32,000 nucleotides of DNA from an uncultured Clostridia bacterium (lineage in GTDB: Bacteria > Bacillota > Clostridia > Christensenellales > Aristaeellaceae), in NCBI GenBank assembly GCA_937907055.1, contig CALCTW010000064.1, forward strand, positions 10,134 to 42,133, in the 5' to 3' direction. Under the pieces are notes generated by a model. The model ran no database searches. It was not told the DNA's origin and saw only the letters and a list, made by a program, of their open reading frames with translations. Positions 16,156 to 25,041 of the stretch are shown here, one piece after another (the first letter of the stretch is position 1; every line of letters starts with the position of its first letter). A program made the position numbers and the translations under genes.

Positions 16156-17496
16156 ATGAATTATTCCGAACACACCGATACCATTGCCGCCCCCGCCACC
16201 GCGCCGGGAAGCGGCGGCGTCGCCATCATCCGCGTCAGCGGCGAAAACGCGGAGTCTGTTCTCCGCGCGCTTTTTGTTCCCGCCGGCCGCTGTGATTACA
16301 CATCCCACATGATGTATTACGGCCATCTCGTTTACCGGGGCGAAACACTGGATGAATGCTTTGCCGTGCTCATGCGCGCGCCCCGCACCTACACCCGGGA
16401 GGATGTTGCCGAATTGCATCTTCACGGCGGCGAATATACGGTCTCCGCAGTCATGGATGCCCTCTGCCGCAGCGGTGTCCGCGCCGCGGAACCGGGCGAA
16501 TTCACCCGCCGCGCGTTTTTGAACGGCCGCATCGATCTCAGCCGCGCCGAAGCCGTCATGCAGCTCATCTCCGCCCGTGGGCGCACCGCCTCTCAGGCGG
16601 CCCTGCGCCAGCTCAGCGGCACTGCCGGCACCTTCATTCAGGGCGTGCAGACCGATCTGATGGCACTCCTCGCCGGCATTGAAGCCGCGATCGATTATCC
16701 CGATGAGATCGAAGAAAGCGAGACCGCCGCGGCTGTCGCTGTCAGGGCGCGCGAGCTTGCCGAAAAACTGCGTTCCGCCTGTGACGAGCAGGGCGCGAAG
16801 GCCCTTGAGAGCGGCGTGGATGTCGTTCTGTGCGGCATGCCGAACGCCGGCAAATCCTCTCTGCTCAATCATCTGCTCGGACGGGACCGCGCCATCGTCA
16901 CCGAGATCCCCGGCACCACGCGTGATATCATCACCGAGTCCGTCTATCTCGAAGGCATCCGTTTCAATCTCAGCGACACAGCCGGCATTCGCGACACGGA
17001 TGAGACCATCGAACGCATCGGCATCGATCTTGCCGAAAAAGCCCTGCGGCAGGCGGATGTCATCCTCCACCTGATCGATTCAGCTTCGCCCGATACGCCT
17101 GATAACGCCGCCATCCGGCAGATGATCGGGGAACTGCCCTGTATCACGCTCTACACAAAGCATGATCTTCATCCCTCGTACCATCCGGCGGATCCTTCCG
17201 CGCTGCCGCTCTCGGTCAGGACCGGCGAGGGGATCCCGGAGCTTATCAAGCGCTTGCTCTCCTATGCCGGACGGCGCGGTGAAACACCCCTGACCGAGCT
17301 CCGCCACATGTCCCTTGCCAGAGAAGCCGCGGACGCGCTCGAAAGCGCCGCGCTGTCCGCCGCCTCCGGGGCCGGGATCGATCTGTGCGCCGTCGATCTT
17401 CAGCAGGCGCTGCACCTGCTGGGCGGCATTACAGGAGAAGATGTCAGCGAAAGCCTGCTGGACACCATTTTCTCCAACTTCTGTGTCGGAAAATAA
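16156..17496 (+). CDS. mnmE: tRNA modification GTPase MnmE (TrmE)
   Basis: DTIAAPATAPGSGGVAIIRVSG N-terminus, G-domain GMPNAGKSSLLN…DTAGIR, and a C-terminal FCVGK motif. Stop is TAA. Confidence 0.95.
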   Translation: MNYSEHTDTIAAPATAPGSGGVAIIRVSGENAESVLRALFVPAGRCDYTSHMMYYGHLVYRGETLDECFAVLMRAPRTYTREDVAELHLHGGEYTVSAVMDALCRSGVRAAEPGEFTRRAFLNGRIDLSRAEAVMQLISARGRTASQAALRQLSGTAGTFIQGVQTDLMALLAGIEAAIDYPDEIEESETAAAVAVRARELAEKLRSACDEQGAKALESGVDVVLCGMPNAGKSSLLNHLLGRDRAIVTEIPGTTRDIITESVYLEGIRFNLSDTAGIRDTDETIERIGIDLAEKALRQADVILHLIDSASPDTPDNAAIRQMIGELPCITLYTKHDLHPSYHPADPSALPLSVRTGEGIPELIKRLLSYAGRRGETPLTELRHMSLAREAADALESAALSAASGAGIDLCAVDLQQALHLLGGITGEDVSESLLDTIFSNFCVGK

Positions 17497-17508
17497 GCCT
17501 GCCGACCG

Positions 17509-17537
17509 TTGATATTTTTTTCAATATCTGTTATAAT
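17509..17537 (+). promoter_or_regulatory. Strong sigma-A promoter of rho
   Basis: TTGATA (17509-17514), 17 nt, TATAAT (17532-17537), with TG at 17529-17530 (extended -10 TGnTATAAT). Confidence 0.6.
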
Positions 17538-17566
17538 AGTCCGGACAATTAAGGAGGAATATCACC

Positions 17567-19396
17567 TTGACCGAACAATTCGATGAAATGACAGTTATTG
17601 CATTACGTAAATTCGCAAAAGAAAATGGCATAAAACTGCCCGCCGGTCTTGATAAACAGGGGATCATTGATAAGATCACCGCCGAATATTCTGCCGAAGC
17701 GCCGGTACAGGTCTCCATGCCAGAAGCCGCTGTTTCTCCCGCGGCGACGGATCGTCCTGTCCGGAAAGCCTCCATCATCACGGATGACGAAGGCGATGAT
17801 GACGAGCCTGTTCTCACCGTCAATGCCTATCGTCCTTCCGTCCCCGCGGCTGTCCGTACCGCCGCTCCCGCTGCGCCTGCCGTGCCCAAACAGGGCAGCA
17901 GCCTCAGCACCATCTCCAGCAAAGCCCCCGCTTTCACCATGGAAGGGGCCCGGGCCTGGCATAACCCGCGCAGCTATAATCCCGCGCCCACACAGTCCTA
18001 TGCCCGCACCCAGTGGTCCACAAAGCCCGTATATCCGCAGGAGAATCCGTCCCGTCCCCCTGTCCGCACGGAAGAATCCCGTTCTTATCCCGTTTCCGCG
18101 CCGCGTACAGGCTTCGGCCCTGCTTCTCAGGAAGCCAATGAATTTGCCGGTGCCGATCACCGCGCCCATCCACAGGAAGCCGCTCTCCTTTCCGGAGAAG
18201 CTGCCCTCCAGCATGAATTCGCGAAGCGCGAAATGTATTCCGTCCAGCCGGAATCCGCGGAGCAGGCGGTCGATCTTCTCGCCTCCGGCGAATGCAAGGA
18301 TGCCGACGGCATTCTAGATGTGCTTCCTTCCGGCTATGGTTATATCCGTATCAATTCCTTGATCCCCGGCAAAGACGATGTTTATATTTCTCCCGCGCAG
18401 ATCAAGCGTCACGCGCTCCGTCAGGGTGATCGCGTCCTTGCCAAGCAGCGTCCCATCCGCGAGGGGGAACGTTACGGTTCCGTCCTTTGCATCACGGAGG
18501 TCAACGGTCTGCCCGTCAACGCGCCGGGCTCCCGCGCCGCCTTTGAGGATCTGACCCCCATCTATCCCAAAAAGAAGATCCGCTTTGCCGATCATGACGG
18601 TCTCACCGCCGATGTCCGTCTGCTGGATCTCATCAGCCCCATCGGCTTTGGTCAGCGCGCGCTCCTTTCCGTTCCCGCGCATGCCGGCAAGACCACGCTT
18701 CTGCGCAATATCGCCGTTGCCGCCGTTACCGCCGCGCCGGAGGCCTCCGTCCTCTGTTTGCTGCTGGATGAAAAGCCGGAGGAGATCACCGAGGCGTCCC
18801 TCGCCCTTCCCTGCCCGGTCTACGCCACAGCGGCCGATCAGGGCGCTGAGATGACCGTCCGCACCTGTGAGCTCGCGCTTGAGAACGCCATGCGCCTTTG
18901 CGAGCTCAAACAGCATGCCATCCTCATTGTAGACAGTCTGGATGCCGTTATGAATGCCTACAACTGCCTCGCGCCGCAGTCCAGCCGCACACTCACCGGT
19001 TCCATGTCGGCTTACGCCATGCAGAACGCGAAGAAGTTCTTCGCTGCCGCGCGCAATACCAAGGAAGGCGGCAGCATCACCATCATTGCCGCCTGTGATC
19101 CCGCCGGCCCCCTTTATGCCGAGCTTGGCAATGTCGCCAATATGACCGCCGCTCTGGATAAGTCGTTGACTGCCGCCGGTGTCTTCCCGCCCGTCGATCT
19201 CACCAAGTGCGCCACCCGCAAGGCGGAACTGATGCTCACGAAGCAGGAAGCGGCCAATATCCCGCAGCTTCAGTCCATCCGTTCCCGCTTCTCCGCGGCG
19301 GAAGCCATTCAACACATCACCTTCATGTTTGATAAAGCCCTTTCCAACGCCGCGCTGACAGACCGCCTTGAAAGCTGGCTCAGCATGATGAACTGA
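17567..19396 (+). CDS. rho: Transcription termination factor Rho with a ~200-aa low-complexity N-terminal insertion; TTG start
   Basis: Rho_N-like MTVIALRKFAKENGIKLPAGLDKQGIIDKI. CSD-like RNA-binding domain GILDVLPSGYGYIRI…GERYGSVLCITEVNG. ATPase with AHAGKTTLL and LLLDEKPEE. AAGGAGGA lies 8 nt before the TTG at 17567. Stop is TGA. Confidence 0.85.
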   Translation: MTEQFDEMTVIALRKFAKENGIKLPAGLDKQGIIDKITAEYSAEAPVQVSMPEAAVSPAATDRPVRKASIITDDEGDDDEPVLTVNAYRPSVPAAVRTAAPAAPAVPKQGSSLSTISSKAPAFTMEGARAWHNPRSYNPAPTQSYARTQWSTKPVYPQENPSRPPVRTEESRSYPVSAPRTGFGPASQEANEFAGADHRAHPQEAALLSGEAALQHEFAKREMYSVQPESAEQAVDLLASGECKDADGILDVLPSGYGYIRINSLIPGKDDVYISPAQIKRHALRQGDRVLAKQRPIREGERYGSVLCITEVNGLPVNAPGSRAAFEDLTPIYPKKKIRFADHDGLTADVRLLDLISPIGFGQRALLSVPAHAGKTTLLRNIAVAAVTAAPEASVLCLLLDEKPEEITEASLALPCPVYATAADQGAEMTVRTCELALENAMRLCELKQHAILIVDSLDAVMNAYNCLAPQSSRTLTGSMSAYAMQNAKKFFAAARNTKEGGSITIIAACDPAGPLYAELGNVANMTAALDKSLTAAGVFPPVDLTKCATRKAELMLTKQEAANIPQLQSIRSRFSAAEAIQHITFMFDKALSNAALTDRLESWLSMMN

Positions 19397-19442
19397 CCGC
19401 GCGAACGCCGTTTTTCATCAAAATACATTTCCATTCCCCATA

Positions 19443-19471
19443 TTGACAAACACATCCCCCTCCCCTATAAT
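19443..19471 (+). promoter_or_regulatory. Consensus sigma-A promoter of the T-box operon
   Basis: TTGACA (19443-19448), 17 nt, TATAAT (19466-19471). Confidence 0.6.
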
Positions 19472-19477
19472 GTTCCC

Positions 19478-19719
19478 AAGGCCTTGATGGGATCAAGTAA
19501 CCCGCGTTTTCCGCTCACAGAGAGTTCCCGGTCGGTGTAAGGGAACAGCAGGGCGCAGGGTGAATACCTCCCGGAGCCCGGCACTGAACCACCTTCTAAA
19601 GAAAGGTCAGTAGGCTGCCGCCGGTACGCCGGTTACAGCGTTCATGAGGGAGCAGTTTGCTCCGAATGGAAGTGGTACAGCGGTTTCATCGCCTTCCCGG
19701 TTGGGAAGGCGGTTTTTTT
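19478..19719 (+). promoter_or_regulatory. T-box riboswitch leader, probable tyrosine (UAC) specifier
   Basis: AGTA (19496-19499), AG bulge AGAGAG (19519-19524), distal loop GGTGTAA (19534-19540), GAA-TAC (19562-19567) on the 3' side of the specifier loop, T-box AATGGAAGTGGTACAGCGG (19665-19683), then a terminator. tyrS lies downstream. Confidence 0.8.
19690..19719 (+). terminator. T-box leader terminator
   Basis: cgccttccc and gggaaggcg form a 9-bp stem with a ggtt loop, followed by a T7 run (19713-19719). Confidence 0.8.
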
Positions 19720-19756
19720 ATTCCTTCATTCCGTATTCATGATCAGGAGGTATTGC

Positions 19757-20941
19757 ATGGATATTTCCACTGTTCAGTTCGCCGACCGTTTTGACGGTAT
19801 CAGCGGCAGCGCGATCCGTGAGATCTTCAAAATGCTGGCTGTGCCCGGCATGATCTCCTTCGCGGGCGGCAATCCGGCCGCCGCTGCTCTGCCCGATGCC
19901 CAATGCGCCGCCATCGCGCAGCAGGTGCTGCTTGAAAAGGGCAAGGTGCTGCTCCAGTACGGTGCCACCGAAGGCTACGCGCCGCTCAAGGAAGCGCTCA
20001 TCCCCTATATCAAGGATCGTTTCTCCTTCGATGTCGCCATGGATGAACTGCTGCCCACCACCGGCTCCACACAGGGCATGGATCTGCTCTGCAAGGCGCT
20101 GATCAATCCCGGCGACAAGATCGCCATCGAAAATCCCACCTTCCTCGGCAATATGCAGTGCATGCATCTGTATCAGGCGCAGCTGATCCCCGTTCCCTCC
20201 GATGACATCGGCATGGATATGGCCGCGCTCGAGGAAGTGTTCCGGACCGAGCATCCCAAGATGCTCTATGTCATCCCCACCTTCCAGAATCCCACCGGCC
20301 GCACCCTGCCGCTGGAACGCAGAAAGAAGATCGCCGAGCTTGCCTCCAAGTACGGTGTCATCATCGCGGAGGATGATCCCTATCGTGATCTCCGTTATAC
20401 CGGTGAGGAACTTCCCTCCATCAAGTCCTTCGATACCGAAGGCTGGGTGGCGTTCATGGGTTCCTTCTCCAAGGTCATTTCCCCCGGTCTGCGCGTCGGC
20501 TTCCTCTGCGCCAATAAGGCCCTGCTCCGCAAGTGCACCATCGGCAAGCAGTCCAGCGATGTCCACACTTCCCTGCTCTCTCAGGCCATCGTGGATCAGT
20601 ATCTCCGTCAGGATCTGCTTATGCCCCATGTGCAGCAGATCTGCAGCAGCTACGCGCTCCAGTGCAGCACCATGCTGGATAAGCTCTCCGTCTGCGGCGG
20701 TGTCAAGTCCTTCACCCGTCCCGAGGGCGGCCTCTTCATCTGGGCGGAGCTCAATGACGGTCTCAACGCCAAGGCGCTGCTGGATGAAGCCGTCAAGCAG
20801 CTGGTCGCCTTTGTGCCCGGCACTCACTTCTTCGAGGGCGGCGGTCACGAAAACACCCTGCGTCTCAACTTCTCCATGTCCCCTGTCGCCGATATCATCA
20901 AGGGCATGGATACCCTGAATCAGATCTTCTCCAAGGCCTGA
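19757..20941 (+). CDS. PLP-dependent aminotransferase (class I/II fold)
   Basis: Start at MDISTVQF (ATG 19757; AGGAGG at 19745-19750). Family-typical FAGGNP, NPTGRTL and SFSKVISPGLRVGF (PLP lysine). Stop is TGA. Confidence 0.88.
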   Translation: MDISTVQFADRFDGISGSAIREIFKMLAVPGMISFAGGNPAAAALPDAQCAAIAQQVLLEKGKVLLQYGATEGYAPLKEALIPYIKDRFSFDVAMDELLPTTGSTQGMDLLCKALINPGDKIAIENPTFLGNMQCMHLYQAQLIPVPSDDIGMDMAALEEVFRTEHPKMLYVIPTFQNPTGRTLPLERRKKIAELASKYGVIIAEDDPYRDLRYTGEELPSIKSFDTEGWVAFMGSFSKVISPGLRVGFLCANKALLRKCTIGKQSSDVHTSLLSQAIVDQYLRQDLLMPHVQQICSSYALQCSTMLDKLSVCGGVKSFTRPEGGLFIWAELNDGLNAKALLDEAVKQLVAFVPGTHFFEGGGHENTLRLNFSMSPVADIIKGMDTLNQIFSKA

Positions 20942-20985
20942 TCTTCTCATCTTTTCAAACGATTCATACAGGAGGTGCATTTCAT

Positions 20986-22212
20986 ATGCAGCACGTACTT
21001 GATATTTTGAAGGAGCGCGGATTTATCGCGCAGATGACCTACCCTGAGGAGCTCTATGAGCAGCTCAAGGAGCCGACCACCTTCTATGTCGGCTTCGATC
21101 CCACCGCCGATTCCCTTCACATCGGCCACTACATCCCCATCATGGCCATGGCGCACATGCAGCGCGCCGGTCACCGCCCCATCGCCCTGATGGGCGGCGG
21201 CACCGCCATGATCGGTGACCCCTCCGGCAAGAATGACATGCGCAAGATGATGACGGTCGAGACCATCGATGACAACGTCGCGCACATCAAGCAGCAGATG
21301 AGCCGCTTCCTCGATTTCTCCGAAGGCAAGGCGCTCATCGTCAACAACGGTGACTGGCTGCGCAACCTCAATTTCATCGATTTCATGCGCGAGATCGGTC
21401 CCCAGTTCCATGTCAATAACATGATCAAGGCGGATTGCTATGCCACCCGCATGGCTTCCGATAACGGCCTCACCTTCCTTGAGTTCACCTACATGCTCAT
21501 GCAGAGTTACGACTTCCTTGAGCTCTACCGCAAGTACAACTGCCGTCTGGAAATGGGCGGCAACGATCAGTGGTCCAACATGCTGGGCGGCGCGAACCTC
21601 GTCCGCAGCAAGGATCACGGAAAGGGCTTCGCCTGCACCTTCCAGCTGCTGCTCACGCATGACGGCCGCAAGATGGGCAAGACCGAAAAGGGCGCGCTCT
21701 GGCTTGACGCCAATAAGTGCAGCCCCTTCGATTTCTACCAGTACTGGCGCAATGTGGATGACAAGGATGTCGAAAAGTGCCTGGGTCTGCTCACCTTCCT
21801 GCCCATGGATGAGGTGCGCCGTCTCGGCTCTCTGCCCGGAAACGAGATCAACGAAGCCAAGAAGGTGCTGGCCTTCGAGGTCACCAAGCTCGTTCACGGC
21901 GAAGAGGAAGCCACCAAGGCCGCTGCCGCCGCTGCCGCGTTGTTTGCCGGCGGCGCCGATGCCGATGTCCCCTCCTATGACTGGAGCGCCGCTTCCATGG
22001 CTGAGGATGCCCGCCTGACCACCCTGCTCAACCTCTGCGGTCTGTGCAAGAGCAAGTCTGATGCCCGTACCCAGGTGCAGCAGGGCAGCGTTCTTGTGAA
22101 CAATGACAAGGTCACCGATGTCAACATGACCCTCACCGCCGATATGATCCCGGCTGACGGCCTTCTCATCCGCAAGGGCAAGAAGAGCTTCTGCCGCATC
22201 TTCCTCAAGTAA
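20986..22212 (+). CDS. tyrS: Tyrosine--tRNA ligase
   Basis: HIGH motif (DSLHIGHY), KMSKS-type KMGKT, and a C-terminal S4-like domain. Stop is TAA. Confidence 0.95.
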   Translation: MQHVLDILKERGFIAQMTYPEELYEQLKEPTTFYVGFDPTADSLHIGHYIPIMAMAHMQRAGHRPIALMGGGTAMIGDPSGKNDMRKMMTVETIDDNVAHIKQQMSRFLDFSEGKALIVNNGDWLRNLNFIDFMREIGPQFHVNNMIKADCYATRMASDNGLTFLEFTYMLMQSYDFLELYRKYNCRLEMGGNDQWSNMLGGANLVRSKDHGKGFACTFQLLLTHDGRKMGKTEKGALWLDANKCSPFDFYQYWRNVDDKDVEKCLGLLTFLPMDEVRRLGSLPGNEINEAKKVLAFEVTKLVHGEEEATKAAAAAAALFAGGADADVPSYDWSAASMAEDARLTTLLNLCGLCKSKSDARTQVQQGSVLVNNDKVTDVNMTLTADMIPADGLLIRKGKKSFCRIFLK

Positions 22213-22868
22213 TGGCGCTCACATCCTACAGGACCATCTCCAAAGCCGCCGAGGATGAATATATCATCAACAAAAGCCGCTTTATCGGGTATGCCGCCCC
22301 CTGTGAGACCGAAGAAGAAGCTCTCGCCTTCATCAAGGCCATCCGCGAAAAGCACCGTGACGCCACACACAACTGCTACGCGTATGTCATCGGCGCCAAC
22401 GCGGGCGTCATGCGCTACTCTGATGACGGCGAGCCCTCCGGCACAGCGGGCATGCCCATGATCGAGGTACTGAAGAACCGCAAGCTGGTCAATCTCTGCG
22501 TGGTCGTCACGCGTTACTTCGGCGGCATCCTGCTGGGGGCAGGCGGCCTTGTCCGCGCCTACACCCACAGCACCGTCATTGCCGTCGCTGCCGCCGGAGA
22601 GGCCGAGATGCTGCCCACCACCCGTGTGCTCTGCGATGTTCCCTATTCCATGTGGGACAGGGTCAACTACCGGCTCGCTTCGCTGCCGGTCCTCACAGAG
22701 GATACCGCGTTTGCCACTTCAGTCTCCTTCACCCTTCTCATCCGCACCGGGGATGTCACCTCCGTTCTGGATACGCTGACCGCCTCCACCGACGGCAGGA
22801 TCGAGTTCTTACCGGAGCCCGATGAGATCTATTACCCCTGGCCGGATCCCGCCGCGCCGGAGGAATGA
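22212..22868 (+). CDS. yigZ: YigZ / IMPACT family protein
   Basis: INKSRFIGYAAPCETEEEALAFIKAIREKHRDATHNCYAYVIG…DDGEPSGTAGMPM is typical of UPF0029/IMPACT-N. Its ATG overlaps the tyrS TAA (TAATG). Confidence 0.85.
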   Translation: MALTSYRTISKAAEDEYIINKSRFIGYAAPCETEEEALAFIKAIREKHRDATHNCYAYVIGANAGVMRYSDDGEPSGTAGMPMIEVLKNRKLVNLCVVVTRYFGGILLGAGGLVRAYTHSTVIAVAAAGEAEMLPTTRVLCDVPYSMWDRVNYRLASLPVLTEDTAFATSVSFTLLIRTGDVTSVLDTLTASTDGRIEFLPEPDEIYYPWPDPAAPEE

Positions 22869-22891
22869 TCTGCTTTGATCTTTACACAAAC

Positions 22892-22933
22892 AAGGATGTC
22901 TTCCCGTTTTCCGGAGGACATCCTTTGTTTTTT
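22892..22933 (+). terminator. Rho-independent terminator after yigZ
   Basis: aaggatgtc (22892-22900) and gacatcctt (22917-22925) form a perfect 9-bp stem, followed by tgtttttt. Confidence 0.7.
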
Positions 22934-22966
22934 GTCGCGGTTTCTTTTTCAACTGCATCACCATAC

Positions 22967-22997
22967 AAAAAACGACCGTTCATCACGGCCGTTTTTT
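22967..22997. terminator. Bidirectional terminator-like hairpin flanked by A6 and T6
   Basis: aaaaaa-acgaccgt…acggccgt-tttttt (8-bp stem with one mismatch). It could terminate psuG transcripts from the minus strand. Confidence 0.5.
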
Positions 22998-23085
22998 GAC
23001 ACTGCCATCATATCACATCCGGATATGACCTGCAATGACACAATGCGAACATTTTCGATCCTGTTCGCATATTTGATGATATTTT

Positions 23086-23112
23086 GTGACCTTCAGTGAC
23101 CTCAGGTGAACT
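23086..23112. repeat. Three direct heptads with exact 10-bp phasing (GTGACCT / GTGACCT / GTGAACT)
   Basis: Heptads start at 23086, 23096 and 23106. The third is part of the 11-bp imperfect inverted repeat ggtgaactgtt (23105-23115) and aacaattcacc (23129-23139). Confidence 0.5.
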
Positions 23113-23153
23113 GTTTTAACATTTTTGTAACAATTCACCCTTGGATGCCCTGC

Positions 23154-24059
23154 TTACAGCGCGGCAGCGATCTTCGCGGCCAGACGCACGTTGTTGAACA
23201 CCAGCTGGATATTGCTCTTCAGGCTGTCGCCGCCGGTCAGCTCGCACACCTTGGCCAGCAGGAAGGGCGTAGTCGCCTTGCCCTTGATGCCCTGCTCGTC
23301 CGCCTGACGCAGCGCTTCGTCGATGGCGTTGTTGATCACATCGGCAGGCATGGAATACTCATCGGGAATGGGGTTGGTGATCAGCATACCGCCGTTATAG
23401 CCGCAGGCGCGCTGCGCGTTGATGATCGCCGCGAACTCTTCGGGAGTATCCACACGCTCATCTACGGAGAAACCGCTGTGAGAGGTGTAGAAGGCGGGCA
23501 GTTCCTTGGTCTGATAGCCATAGACGGGCACGCCCTTGGTCTCCAGATACTCCAGCGTCAGACCCAGATCCAGAATGGACTTCGCGCCGGCGCAGATGAC
23601 CGCCACAGGGGTCATGGCCAGTTCTTCAAGGTCAGCGGAGATATCCATGGTGGTCTCAGCGCCGCGGTGCACACCGCCGATACCGCCGGTCGCGAAGATC
23701 TTGATCCCCGCCATCGCGGCAATGATCATGGTCGCCGCCACGGTGGTAGCGCCGTCCTTCTTATTGGCCACGATGTAGGGAATATCGCGGCGGGATACCT
23801 TGGGAACGGCATAGCCGGTCTTGCCAAGGTAATCGATCTCTTCTTCCGTCAGACCGGCGCACAGACGGCCGCCGATGATGGCGATGGTCGCGGGCTCCGC
23901 GCCGTTTTCACGGCAGATACGCTCACAGGCCAGCGCGGTCTCAACGTTCTGGGGATAAGGCATACCGTGGCTGATGATGGTGCTTTCCAGCGCGACCACC
24001 GGACGGCCTTCCTTCAGGGCCGCTTCAACACGGGGACTCATTTTGATCAGGGAATTCAT
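23154..24059 (-). CDS. psuG: Pseudouridine-5'-phosphate glycosidase
   Basis: VVALESTIISHGMPYPQN…GGIGGVHRGAE…DISADL is typical of PsuG/YeiN. Stop is TAA. Confidence 0.9.
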   Translation of the reverse strand: MNSLIKMSPRVEAALKEGRPVVALESTIISHGMPYPQNVETALACERICRENGAEPATIAIIGGRLCAGLTEEEIDYLGKTGYAVPKVSRRDIPYIVANKKDGATTVAATMIIAAMAGIKIFATGGIGGVHRGAETTMDISADLEELAMTPVAVICAGAKSILDLGLTLEYLETKGVPVYGYQTKELPAFYTSHSGFSVDERVDTPEEFAAIINAQRACGYNGGMLITNPIPDEYSMPADVINNAIDEALRQADEQGIKGKATTPFLLAKVCELTGGDSLKSNIQLVFNNVRLAAKIAAAL

Positions 24060-24072
24060 AGGGGTTCTCCTT

Positions 24073-24918
24073 TCAGATTCGATATATACCGCCGGTCAGG
24101 CGGGCATACGCCGCGTCCATCCCGGACATTGCACAGGAACGGATGTCCATGCCTTTGGTGATCGCGCACGCGATCCCGGCGCACATGGAGTCTCCGGCGC
24201 CTGTCTGCAGCAGATTGGTGATCTTCTTCGGGAGCAGACGGCCTTTGTCTTCCGCGGAGGCAAAGTAAACCCCTTCTCTTCCCAAAGAAATATAGACCTG
24301 TTTCACGCCCATTTCCAGCAGTTTTTCCGCCGCTTCACGATAATCCGTGCAGCCCGTCATTTCCTCTGCTTCCATGGCGTTGGGCTTGATGGCGAAAAGA
24401 TGACGCATGACCGGCAGGCACCGATGCGCCTTGATGCAGCTGACAGGATCCATCATCAGCGGAACGGTCAGCAGCCGCACAACGGCCTGCAGCGTTTCGT
24501 CGGAAAGATTGGCGTCCAGTATACAAAGTTCGCTTTTGTTCAGCTCCTCCGCGTGCTTTTCGATCATCTCGGGTGTAAGCATCTCCATCGTGCGCATATC
24601 ATTGAGCGCGCACAGCATATCGCCGTTTTCGTCATGCATGGCCAGATAGATATTGGTCGGCACATCCGCGCGGCCGCACAGAGACATATCCATCCCCAGC
24701 TCCTCGCACTCCTCCAGCAGACCGTCACCATTGCGATCATTGCCCAGTACGGTCATCAGGCGGGCCTTCCCGCCGATCTCGCACACAGCGGCGGCAATAT
24801 TGCGCCCCACGCCGCCCGCGCGGAAGGATACATGCCCCACATTGCTGTCACGCATCACAACGGGACCGAAGGGATCCCCCAGAATATCCAGATTAATGCC
24901 GCCGATCACGCTGATCAT
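24073..24918 (-). CDS. psuK: Pseudouridine kinase (PfkB family)
   Basis: DSNVGHVSFRAGGVGRNIA, LNDM, DPVS..K, KPN..EAE and TGAGD align with my recollection of E. coli YeiC. It is adjacent to psuG. Stop is TGA. Confidence 0.85.
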   Translation of the reverse strand: MISVIGGINLDILGDPFGPVVMRDSNVGHVSFRAGGVGRNIAAAVCEIGGKARLMTVLGNDRNGDGLLEECEELGMDMSLCGRADVPTNIYLAMHDENGDMLCALNDMRTMEMLTPEMIEKHAEELNKSELCILDANLSDETLQAVVRLLTVPLMMDPVSCIKAHRCLPVMRHLFAIKPNAMEAEEMTGCTDYREAAEKLLEMGVKQVYISLGREGVYFASAEDKGRLLPKKITNLLQTGAGDSMCAGIACAITKGMDIRSCAMSGMDAAYARLTGGIYRI

Positions 24919-24983
24919 CGCTTACCACCCCGGTCGTTTTTTCGTGCTTATTTTACCACAGTCATCAAGGCGGGTCAAGGAAC

Positions 24984-25012
24984 TTGCGCAGCAATCATCC
25001 TTTGTGTATAAT
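24984..25012 (+). promoter_or_regulatory. Candidate sigma-A promoter of the nucleoside hydrolase gene
   Basis: TTGCGC (24984-24989), 17 nt, TATAAT (25007-25012). Confidence 0.45.
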
Positions 25013-25041
25013 ACCCTTATCCAATTGCGGAGGAATAAACA

